Source: Geosiphon pyriformis uo1 (Eukaryota; Fungi; Glomeromycota). Taken from it: a DNA stretch of 64,000 nucleotides. The notes under the pieces were generated by a model. It was not told the origin of the DNA, did not search any database, and was given only the letters and a program-made list of their open reading frames with translations. Position 1 is the first letter of the stretch. The number at the start of each line of letters is the position of its first letter. The DNA is taken from the NCBI GenBank assembly GCA_016748015.1, contig JAAOMT010000571.1, positions 62,001-126,000 of the forward strand. The letters run 5' to 3'. This document shows positions 23,875 to 36,358 of this stretch, in pieces. A program made the position numbers and the translations under genes.

Positions 23875-26800
23875 AACTTTAAATCATAATCATTGTAAAT
23901 TGTGAATTTTAGATTTACGAACTTGGCAAATCAACAATTATAAATGGCAACATAATAATACTAGTAATATTAACAAAAAAAAAGTTAATTTAGTTTTGAT
24001 TTTAAATTAAATAATGATAAGAAATAATTAAATAACAATACATGTTAATATATTATTTGTTTTGCTTTATAATTGGTAATAATTAATCAGAATTAACAAT
24101 ATAATCAAATATTAATCTAAGTTTAACAAAGTGTAGCCCAATGACATGAAATTCAAATAGCCATGACTTATGCATTTTTTTACATGTGATTAGCCATTCA
24201 ACCCAGTTAAGGCTAAATTAAGTTGAATCTACAAAAGCAAATTTATCCAAAAAAATAATTTTTTGCATAATTGCAATCAAATTATTATTATTAAGAACCA
24301 AACCACCCAATTATACAACTATTTTATTAAAAGCTTAAAGCTTCTAAAATATTATTATCTTAGCAAAAAAAATTTTATTAGCAGAAAAATTCGAATTATT
24401 ATTACAAATATTAAATAAATTATTTATATTATATTTTATCTTAAAATTAATAATTTTTTTACTTAAATTATCAACAATTTTTTTAAAAATATTAATATTT
24501 TTTTCAATTACAAAAAACTTTTTTTTATCTTAATATTCAAAAAAAAGAACCACTTATTAATTTAATAATTAAGATAATTAAAATATTAATAAACTTAGTA
24601 ATAAATTTAATTAGCAATATAAATTTAAACAAATCAAATTTTAAAAAACTAATTTGAAACCAATTATAAAATCAATATTAATAATAAGAAAAAAATTCAA
24701 AAAAATAATATTTTTACATATAATATTATATTAAAAGAACAAATATATAAAAAATTTAAAGTTAATCACAAATTTTATTAAAGTTTTAAAAAAAACATTA
24801 TAAATACTTTACAATTTAAAGCCAAATAATTCAATTATTTATTTATTTAATGAATACAGTTTAATTTTTATCTAATATAAAGAATCAAACTAAAAAACAT
24901 TAATAATAATAATAAATGATTTATTATAATCTAAATAAATTAATACTAAAGCTTAAATAAGCTTTTTTCTTAATGTATTAAAAACTTTTTGTTGTTTTTC
25001 TGTTTATTTATATTTGGTATTCTTGGCTTAAAACTGGTAAAATGGCTGAATTAATTTTAAAAAGTTGTAAATAAAGCATTAATAATATTTAGCAAATTTT
25101 AAAAATAATTAAAATTCAGTAAAATTGATTAGTATTAGAATTTTTTTGACTATTTTAATCTTATTTGGATTTATTTTAATGTTATTTTTGCCAATGACAT
25201 TCCAAAAACTTTGAGTTATGTTTTTCCAAAAAAATATTTAATAACATTTAACTTTAATTTAGTTTTTTTAGTCTTTTAAATACTTGTTATAAATAATAGA
25301 GATAATTATCAAATGTTTTAAAAAATATATTGGTATTATCCAAGTAAACTACTATTAATTTTTATAATAATTTAGTATAAACAATTTTTATTAATCATTG
25401 GAAAATAGCTAAGGCATTAGTTAAGCCAAAAAATATAACATTAAATTCAAAGTTTTTTTCTCTTATAGTGAATACTGTTTTTTTTATTAGTTAAATTCAT
25501 AACTATTTGTCAATAATCACTATTTAAGTCTAATATAAAAACTTATTTTTTTCTTTTAAATACATTAAATAATTTCTGAATAAGTAAATTGGATAACTGT
25601 TTCCATAAGTAATATTGTTAAGTTTCTTGTAATTTATATAAAACCAAATTTTTCTGTTTTTTTTCAAATAAATATTACTGATAATGATCATAAATTTATA
25701 AATAGCTGAATTAATTTTTTGTCTAATACTCTATTAATTTTTTGTTAAATAATCTTATAACTAATAGATAATACTTAATATGTTTGTTGTTTAATTGACA
25801 TAGCATTTTTAATTTTGATTTGATGTTAAATAATATTTATTTCGCCAAATTTATTTTTACTTACAAAAATATTAATAAAATTATTGAGTAGTAGCTTAAT
25901 ATACATATATTAAAGTAGATTTAAATTTTCCAAGTTTATTTGTTCTAACTATTTTAATTATAACAAGTAGTATTTTTTTTATTCTTAAATTATTTGTAAT
26001 GTAAAATTACATATTTATACAATTATAAAAAGTTTGAAACAGTAATAAATAATAAATTTTCAATTTTAGCATTTAAATACTCAATAATAATTTTTATTGG
26101 TATTTTTATTGAATTTTCTGTTGTGTTGTGAATTAGAATTCAAATATGTTTGTAGTTTTTGGTTGGTAAATATAAATTGGTAATGGCAATCTTTTTTGAT
26201 TTGCAAATAATAAGTTTTACTTTAAAATCTGGAGTTGATTTTTTATTTTCTTTGTTATTTTTAATATATATTAATTATATAGTAAAATAGAAATTAGTTA
26301 ATTGGTAGAAATGATTTTTTTCTGATCAATTATTTTTTTTTCTATTATATTTACAGATATTTCTATTTTATTTATGAATTCAAATCTATTTATTTCTTTT
26401 ATTGTTATCTCTAATTCTTCTCTTATTCTTACTAATACTAATTAAATTATTTTTATTAAAGACAGAAATATTGTTTGTGTTATTTTTTTATTGGGTTTAA
26501 TAATATAAACTTTTTCTGATTTATTTTGTAACATTGCAATAATATTTTTTATAAATCTTATATCAAATATTTTTTTCTAATGCTAATTTTTTTTTGCTAA
26601 ACTAAATCTGAATGCTAATTGGACTATTGTTGTTAAAATTTCCAGTACTATTTTTAAATTTATATTGATATATAAGTAGAGCTCTAATGTGATGGTTTTC
26701 TTTTTAAAATATTTGAAATCAAACTCTATATTAGTATTATGTATGCATTTTAGTATGACATTCTTATTATTATTGTTAAAATATTTAAGTTTTTACTTTA

Positions 26801-27124
26801 TAAAAAAATTTGAAAGTATAATATAATGTTTAAAATTTAAATTGGTATTTGAATTGTTATTACTATTGTTATTATAAATAGCATTAGAACTATTATTGTT
26901 ATTATTGTTAAAGTTTGAATTATAATTGATTATTGATTTTAATTTTCATATATATTTGTTAATTGGTTCTTTTTTTTAAATATTAAATAGATTATATGTA
27001 ATAATAGATTATAAATAAGATTACAATTATTACAATATTTAAAATCACATAAAATTAAAAAATAACCACAAAGTTTAGTATTTAATTGTTTTAAATACTG
27101 CTTTTGTTCTTTTTTAATAGATGC

Positions 27125-27958
27125 TATTACTTATAAAAAGAAAACAGATATAGAAAAATAGTAGGCCAGTAAGAAAGTAGTAGTTAGCATGTGAGCACAT
27201 TGCTTAGCAATATAAAGCAATGTCAAAAATCATGGCATATTATTCAGCAATATGAAGCAATGTTAAGAAAATATGGCATATTGTTCAGCAATGTGAATAT
27301 TGCTTGAGAAATTATAGCACATTGCTTGAAAATGTAAGTGATCTCGTAAAACCTAAATTATGTATATATAGTGATAGCATTAGAAGTAGAAAAGACAGAC
27401 CTCTCAGTTTAGATTTAATCTAAGCCACCTTTTCATTCACAAATATCAATAAATAATTATTTGCTATCTTAATCCACTCTCCACTATTAACACTTCATGT
27501 TGATAGCAATTAATACTTAACTACATTAGAACAATAGCTCTTGATCATGGCTATTAATGGGATACTAACTTGCAATTGCTTTTGTTTATTTTCTTTTATT
27601 TTTTTTATTTCTTTGTTTTACTAATTGATTAGAAATTAAGCACTAAGTTATTGATGTCATGAATAGTCTGGTAAAAGACCCAGAAATAAGGGTAAAATTA
27701 TATATATTAACAGACAGCTTACCAGAAGGGCATGACTGCCAGATTAAACTGGTCACCACACTAAAGACAGAAATTGGGAAAACAACTTGAGGAAAACAAC
27801 TTAAACCAACCATAGTGAATCTCTATCTATTATACAAAAAACTCTGCAACAAATCTTCAGATTCACCAAATCTTCAGATATCAACACTAGAATACCAAAC
27901 TAGCACCAAGTTACAGATTTGTTATTTGATTTGAGACCCCAAATAATCATCTGTAATA
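27125..27958 (+). repeat. 5' LTR of element A (834 bp; termini mutated TG->TA and CA->TA)
   Basis: Direct repeat of 36359-37101; TATA-like TATATATAG near 27363. Confidence 0.93.
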
Positions 27959-28020
27959 TTTGATGCTCTCTGTGAAATATAATTCTACAGAGAACCAGCA
28001 CCAACAACAATCATCCAAAA

Positions 28021-31000
28021 GTGGCAGAATTAGAAATCATAGGGACAAATCATCTAGGATTCGCCAAATTCTTGTTTCAATGGTACAGCCAACAATTGGG
28101 ATTAAACAATAACCATTTCTCAGCAGAATCAGTTTTTAACTTCTATGTCAATAATAAAATCACAGACTGCTTAGAAAGAACAGTTGACATTAAATCTGCA
28201 AGAAAAAACTTATATACAGAATTATTTCAACATACCAGTTTACCAAGAAACTACAGTTTCACACCAATCATCAGGGAAATCAATCAAACCATTAAAAAGT
28301 ATGCACAACAACAATTCTCCATCACCTATACAGACAAAGGCAAAGGAAGATTGCAAATACTAGCAGTGACATTAAAACAAATATAACCACCCACTTGGAA
28401 GAAAACCAGAGTTGAATTACCAGCAAACCCATCATACCACTATATACCTGGAAGCACCATTAACATCATATCAACAGATGTATCCATATCAACTATGACA
28501 TCAACATTTGGACAATTCCCATTCCAGAGTAAACAAAAAAAAGAAGATTTTTTAGGACCATACAGTGTGTATTTTGAAGGATTTAAGTCATGATTGTCAA
28601 TGCCATCAGAACTTTGATCTCCACCACCCCAATTCAATTTTAGAACTGCGAGTTTTTGGGAAATAATGGAATCGGAAGGAGAACAGAAAGAAGAGGAAGA
28701 AGAATCTGAAGATCAAGAATTTACTTACCAGAATCCGATCCCAGAAAACCTGGAAATTAAAACCCCAAATCTACAAATTCAGCAAAATCTAAACTTGAAA
28801 AATCCAGAAATCAGAACTCCGAATATTTCAACACTACTGAATTAAGACAATCCAAACTCTGAGTTAATTAATTAGCAAAACTTATTTCCAATAATTATCA
28901 TTGATCAGCCACCAGCTGAACCAATCTAACCACAACAAATATTACTACAACAACTACAACAACCGCTTCAACAGCCACAACAACAACTTCAACAACCAAA
29001 CTTAGATCCAATGGCCTATACTCCAATAGCAAAACTTGAGAAATTCATCAACAAAGAAGACAATGCCCAAATATGACTTAACAATGTTGAAAAAGCCATC
29101 ACAGCTAATGGATGGAATGACCAGAGAGCATTTCAAGTCATCTCTTATTTCTTACAGGATATCACCAACTCGTGATATCAAAGTTTAGCTATCAAACCCC
29201 AAACATTCTAGGAATTTAAAACCACATTCTTGGGATATTTCAGTAATAATAACAGCATTAATTGCTTGGCAAACACTTTTATCACTATCAAGCAAGGAGA
29301 AAATGAAGCAGTCACTACTTACTTAGAATGCTTCCACAAAAATCTGCGCCAAATTTAGACCATATAGGCTGATTATTTCACAGCACCACAAATCTTAAAT
29401 CAATTCATTAGAGGTCTGCACAGTAGCATCTTCCAATATGTGTGCCCAATGCATCCAGCAGACTTCCAAGCTATAGTTACAAATGCCAGAGATTTTGAAG
29501 CAGCCAAACTCAAAGCCAACTATGCTTAAGCTGTAAACTTAGTAATGAACAGATCATTTAACTTGGATTCCAAACTGAAGCAATTAAGTGACTCACTCAA
29601 TCAGAAATTAGAAGAGTACTTAGCTAACAACAATCAAGCCATTTATCAACCTCCCCAATGACACAAAAACCAAGGAAATAGAAATTGATTCCAAAATCAG
29701 TCATGTCCAGCATCTTTCATGACTAATTAACAGTGGCAGTAGAAAATATGTACTTGTCACTATTGTGGTAAACAAGACCACTTGCAAATTGATTGCCACC
29801 AACATTTAAATAACCAATGATTGGGAAATCAATATCGAAATCCCAATTGCCAGATTCAAATTCCAAATCATCAATCAAATCCAGCTCTATATCAACCAAA
29901 TTACTTACTGATGACGCAGTCATTGTATCAAACTCCAATGATGCAGCAATTATACTTACCTCCAGTCTATTAGTCTCCAGCATCAATTTATCAACTACAG
30001 TTCCAATCCATTTATCAGTTGCAGTCTCAGGTAATTTATTAGCCCCAACAAAATCAAATACCATCCCAGTACTTATCTTAAAATGAAACCCAAAGGCTGA
30101 AACTAACACAACAAAGCTAAAAATTGTCAATAATAGTCTATTAACCAATCTCCAGTTCTACAGCACAACTATTAGGATTTTAACAATGGAATTCGGGCAC
30201 TGAGAACTCCCAAAATCTGAATGCCCAACACTATTTAAGTCTTTTGGTTATCCCAAAAGATGCCCCACCCAACAACCCAGAAACCAACAACATACTTCTA
30301 ACCACAGTCACCAATAACAAATCACTAGCAGCAATCTTTCCATTTGAACTCGAGGAAACCACACCAGTTCTATTATTCAATAGAGCCATTCTAGATACCA
30401 AACCAATTACCACCATGTACACAGACATAAAAGTTAATGGCCACACCATCAAATTAATCCTAGATAGTAGATTAGCTGGCAGCATTATCACATGACAACT
30501 CATAAACCAATTAGATCACAGAGTTGATTGTGCTGTCAGCATGTGCATAATTACTGTTGATGGAGTGACCAAAACACCAATTGGTGAAATTAATGACTTT
30601 CCATTCAAAGTCAATAGCATCATTACTCCTATCAAAGTCCTAATGATGGAAGCAACCCAATATCAAGCATTGGTAGGCAATGATTGGTTATCCAAAACTA
30701 ATGCCATACTCGATTGGACCACTTAAGAACTACAACTCAGCCAAAATGGCCAACACACCTGAGTACCAGCAACCTGTGGTCACTTCAAACCCAGCACTGC
30801 TATAAAACCACTAATTGAGTTTGAAAAGGACAAGAAAAAACCAACATGGGAAGCATATCAAGTCTTTTGGGCCAATGAAAACCACAACAAGTTACTGCCT
30901 ATACTATTCTGGAACAACAACAGCAAAAGAAAACAAAAGGACACAGAACTTATTTGAAACATTAACTAAGTCTGATAAACCAACAACAATCAAGACAAAA

Positions 31001-34000
31001 TAATAAAGTAAGAATAGAAAAAAGCTAAATAAGAGAAAAGGGAAAGAGGAGAAAGAAAATTTAACACCAATCACCACTTATAATTACTATACAAATACTA
31101 CACCATGATGATCTATCTATTGTCAGCCAAAACTTATATGCATCAATTGTGGCAAAAAATTGTCATCAATGGGTGCATGCTATAATGATGATAAGGAATA
31201 CTCAACAGTAACCAAATTTTACTGCCATGCATGCATCATAGAACACTTTGGATGACCAAAACGGAAAAAAAAATGGGACAATGATCCTTGTCTAGCTTGT
31301 GGAGAAACATTACTTGACGAAGGAATGTGAAATGACATTTCTGGTCAAGGAGAAACATGCAATGCTTCATGTCAGTACACGATCCTTATCAGCAACTGGG
31401 TTAGGAAAGGGACACCAATAAAAGCCGCCTAGAAAAGAGCTGTACAACAATTGGACAGTTGTTCACACAACGATGATGAGATATGAAGAATGGCAATCAC
31501 CAAAATAGAAGAAGCACCACCTGAAGAAATCAGAGAAATCAAAGACAACCCTCCAGAGCCCATAAAACTTGACTGGGACTCAGAACCAGTCATAAATCTC
31601 TTGGATCCAGAACAATTCCATGAACATTATCAAGAGCTAGCACCTACAAAAGAAGAGCAGGAGCAATGCTTGAAAGAAATTAACACTTGACTATGTGATC
31701 ACTGTTTGATTCTATGTGACTTCCAATATTGTAATGAATGTGACCTTATTTACAATTCACTACCATGCATTATTTACACAATCCCAGAAGAAAAAAAACC
31801 AATCAACAGTTGTGCATCAGAATTGGAATCAACTTTCAATCCTGATTCAAACTCTGACAATGACAACAATGAAAACAACAGTTCCAGCTTCACTCCAAAT
31901 AGCAATGAAAATTACAATGATTCAAACTTTGATTTAAACCCCAAAACATTTATCGCATTTTCTGACCTCACCAAAAAACAGGAATTTAAATAGTTTAGCA
32001 ATAGTAGTGAAGGTATCATGCCAGAATATGCACATGATACAGATACAGAGTTTGATCTGAAATATCCAGGAAAAGATTCCATCAAATTGGAACCACATTT
32101 GCACACCTGTATTGATCTTAAAATAGCACTGGAAATTTTAATGACCACTATGATTCAATTAGCATCTAAGAGTAGTTTAGCAAAAAAGAGAATCAACATC
32201 AAAGGAGGAATAATTGATGCAGAGTATATAGGAAATATCATTGCTATATTACAAAACAACTCAGAAAAGACCTATACCATAGAACCAAATAAAAAGATAG
32301 CACAGGCAATATTCCTACCTCTGGTAAAAATAGCTCAGTTAGTGTCAATGGGAAGCAAGAAAGAATTAGAAATAACAGCAAGAGGGATACAGAGATTCAG
32401 ATTAATGGGTAGAATAGATATATCAGTTAATATGGCAGAGGAAAAGATTATTAACAAAGAAAAAATTATCTTAATCCATCAATCAATTTTCATTCCATCA
32501 TATGATCAGTATATGTTAGCCATAAAAAGAGAAGTAAAGAATCAAGCTCAGTTGTTTGAAGCAGAAGCTATCATTTGTGAATTAGGAGAGATTGGACTTA
32601 CTAATCTTTACATATCAGCCAAAAGTCCCAAAAACATCAAAATTCTCATCTACAACATAACGAAAAATGTCATTGAGATACCAAAGGAAACCATCATTGG
32701 ATATTTAACCACTGAAGTTAAGGATCAACCACCAGACCATATTCCAGATTTTCCATAGCTTTGCAGATATGTGGACATCACATTACAAACCATCTATGAG
32801 CAAAGTGAATGTTATCTGCTCCAATCAGAACAATTGGAACAGATAAACATGAAGAATCTAGACTCACTCCAACAGATACAACTAAGAATGTTATTCAGCA
32901 ATTTCAATGACATTTTTGCTAGCAAAAATGAATTTGGCCACACCAATATCATCCAACATTAAATTAAGACTAGAAATACAATGCCAATTAAGCAAAGAGC
33001 ATACAAAGTACCACCAGCTAGTCATAAGATCATTTGTCAAAAAATCAATTGGATGCTTGACAATGGGCTAATTCAGTCATCAATGAGTTCATAGTTGTTA
33101 CCAGTGGTACTAGTCCAAAAAAAAATGGGAAAATTCATTTTTGTGTGAATCACTGAAAACTGAATGGAGTCACCAAAGAAGACAGCTATCCAACTCCAAA
33201 GATCCAAGAACTATTTGATGCTTTTGGAGGAAATAAATGGTTTTCAACACTAAATTTAGATAGTGGTTACTGGCAAGTAGCCATGGATCCAGCTGACAAA
33301 GAGAAAACAGCATTTACCATAAGAAAGGGAAACTTTGAGTTTGAAGTCATGCCATTTGGCTTGATGAATATTCCAGCAACATTCCAATGGCTCATGGAAA
33401 TTGTTTATACTAGATTACTGTGGAAATCAGTAGTTGTTTACTTAGATAACACAAATGTGTTCTCAAAAACATTTGATAATTATCTGCACCATCTCCAACA
33501 AGTGTTTAAAAAACTTAGATGAGCAGGATTGAAACTAAATGCCAACAAATGCTTCTTTGGAAAAACAGAACTAAAATTCTTGAGACATGTTGTGAGTAAA
33601 AATGGCATCAAAACAGATCCAGACAAGATTGAAACTGTCAAAAACTTTCTAGTACCAAACAATTTCACAGAACTAAGAGCATTCTTGAAATTCACAGGGT
33701 ACTATTGCCACTTTATCAAAGACTTTTCTAAACTGGCCCAGCCACTTTATCATTTACAAATTAAGAATGTGAAGTATGAATAGACAAAAGCTCAACAAAA
33801 AGCATTTGACACACTAAGAAGAAAACTTATTCAAGCTCTGGTGTTGATGTATCCAGATCACAACAAACCATTTATTATCACCACTGATGTATTAGACCAG
33901 ACATTGGGAGCAGTACTATCACAGAAAAAACCAGATGGAAGAAAACATCCAGTAGCTTACGCCAGTAGAAGCTTAAGTCCAGCTGAAAAGAATTATGGAA

Positions 34001-34242
34001 CATTAGCATTAGAACACTTAGTAATTTATTGGGCAGTCATAAAATAGAAAAAATACTTGAGTCAGAAGTTTGATGTATATACTGATCACAAAAGATTGAC
34101 TTTAATCCAGAAACAAAAATTTGAAGATGATTGCCATGTCAGATGAAAAATAGAACTTTCACCATTTAATTATATGATACATTATAAAAAAAGAAAAGAC
34201 AATGGAAATGCTGATGGTCTGTCGAGAATGAGACAAATCTAA
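28021..34242 (+). pseudogene. gag-pol of element A (Gag, protease, Cys-rich region, dUTPase, RT, RNase H)
   Basis: One frame through gag and protease, single-base slips near 31027 and 33120, many transition-type premature stops. Confidence 0.85.
32018..32412 (+). pseudogene. dUTPase domain in pol of element A
   Basis: Five dUTPase motifs: DTEFDL, SKSS, GGIIDAEYIGNI, KIAQAI, RGIQRFRLMG. The altered ones revert to DAGFDL, SRSS, GIIDAGYVG and RGIQGFGSTG by undoing G->A or C->T changes only. Confidence 0.9.
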
Positions 34243-34272
34243 AAACATTTTAACCTAAAAATATAACAAAAG

Positions 34273-35655
34273 ATGAATATACAAAAATATCAACAACTCC
34301 AATATTATATAAATACTCAATTGTTCAAGAAGAAATTATCTCAAAAAGAGCAAAGAAACATAAAACAACAATCAAAATACTTTATCAACCATCAAAATAT
34401 ACTTTACTGAAAGAACAAAAAAAATTCAGACCAACCAACCAGAGTAATCACAGAACCAGAGAAAGAGACAATATTATTCAACATGCACTCAGATCCAACA
34501 ACAGAACATTTTCATAAAAAAGCAACCATAGAGAGAACTAAAAAAAAATATTATTGGCCATTAATGTATCCAGATATCATTCAATATGTCCAAAATTGTA
34601 ATGCTTGTCAAAGAAGAGAAGGAACAAAACCCAGTAAACCATTGAGACCAATCAAAGTGGAACAACCATTTGATCACATTGGAATTGACTTAGTCAGATC
34701 ATTAATAATTACCAGCAGAGACAACAGATATATTGCAATAGCCATGAACTATCTTATTAAATGGCCAGAAGCAAAAGCCATTTAAAGAGCAGATGCAGAA
34801 TTCATTGCTGAATTTGTTCATCAAGATCTGATCTGTTAACACAGATGCTCAAAAAAATTATTATTTGATCAAGGAACTCACTTTGTGAATAGAACATTAG
34901 CAGAACTAAGCCAAAGATTTGGAATAAAAAGACCACTATCATCATCATACCATCCACAAACAAATGGGTTAGTTGAAAGATTCAAAAGAATACTGTGTGA
35001 AGCAATAGCCAAAATTAGCTAAGAAAACCAGAACAAATGGGATTTAATTATATTATCAGTATTATTTGCATATTGAACAATAAAGCAAGACACCACATAA
35101 GCAACACTATTTGAATTAGTATATGATAAAACAACAACATTACCAGTTGAGATAGAAGTCAATACATATCCAACTGAACCAATAACAGAAGATAATTTCC
35201 AAGAAACATTGTTGAAAAGAACATATGACTTAATAGAAACACTAGAAAACAGACGACAAAAAGCAGCTAATAACATCCAAAAGTCACAAGAAAAGCAAAA
35301 AAAATGACATGATAACCAACTACCAGATAAACCAGTTGAATTTAAGATTGGAGACAAAATATTATTACATTATACCAAAGCAGAAAAACAATGGAGTGGA
35401 AAATTTGACCCCAAATGGGATGGACTATTTCACATAGAAAAAATTTTTGAAAATGAAGCTTATAAATTAAGATAAAACAACAAAATTTTAGCCAAAGCAG
35501 CACATGGTGATCGACTGAAATTATATCACCAGATAGCATCATTATTTACCAATAACATTCCACAACTGAGAGTACAAAAAATATTAATTCAACCAGATGA
35601 GATTCTATGCGATCTGAAACCAATCATAATTATTGAACCAAACATATCAAATTGA
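34273..35655 (+). pseudogene. Integrase of element A
   Basis: MHSDPTTEHF...CNAC (HHCC), FDHIGIDLV, FDQGTHF, HPQTNGLVERF, KFDPKWDGLF; no chromodomain seen. Confidence 0.9.
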
Positions 35656-35709
35656 ACAACCAAAAAGTATATAAAAACACAGTACACGTGACAAAAGCAA
35701 CCAAGAAAA

Positions 35710-36345
35710 ATGGAAATACCAGATCATATTTACACTATAGCCCAACAATTGTTCCAGGCCTTAAGTCAACAACAGTTAAACATGGAAATTGTTATTAACA
35801 ACCAAATAATTTGCTATCAAAACATCCAAAGAAAAACAAAAAATACACCATATTAATGGCCACTAAAGAATAATAAAAATTGGACAGATAACTTAATAAA
35901 AAAAGTGAAAAACACTTTTGAGAAGATACCTATTATGGCACCAACAGAAGATCTTACAAAAAAAAATTGAAAGCAATGAACAGAACGACTTTTAATATCA
36001 TATTGCTACTATCAGTTAAGTCAAAAGTTGAATATTCAGGAATTGTATATTAACAAATCCAAGAGAATATTCAATTAAGACATAATACAACAAATTGAGA
36101 AATTTATTGGAAAAAAGATGAATTCAACACTACATGTTAAAACAATGTACCAACTACACAATATATTTCAGAACTATCCAGAAATACTGTTATACTTTGA
36201 CATAAAAACCATAACCATTAACCAATAGGGAAGAATAAATAATACACAAGTAGAAAACATGAGAAACAAAGTCGAACAAACAATACTTGAAAAAGAAGTG
36301 CTAGAATTAATTTAAAACAAAGATTTTGATAGAGCTCAATATTAA
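35710..36345 (+). pseudogene. ORF3 of element A (~211 codons, unknown function)
   Basis: ATG at 35710 and a single frame to TAA 36343-45, broken only by stops explicable as CAA->TAA or TGG->TGA/TAG. Missed by the ORF track. Confidence 0.7.
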
Positions 36346-36358
36346 AAGGAGGAGATAA

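Noticed and set aside
24100-24890. Continuation (integrase/3' LTR) of the old Gypsy element
   Set aside because: Similarity to element A stops near 24895; this stretch is a different, unassigned relic.
29723-30148. Ser/Thr-rich and antisense ORFs in element A, and a gag-pol frameshift there
   Set aside because: The Gln/Pro-rich gag frame continues into protease once CAA/CAG->stop lesions are undone; the other frames are open by default.
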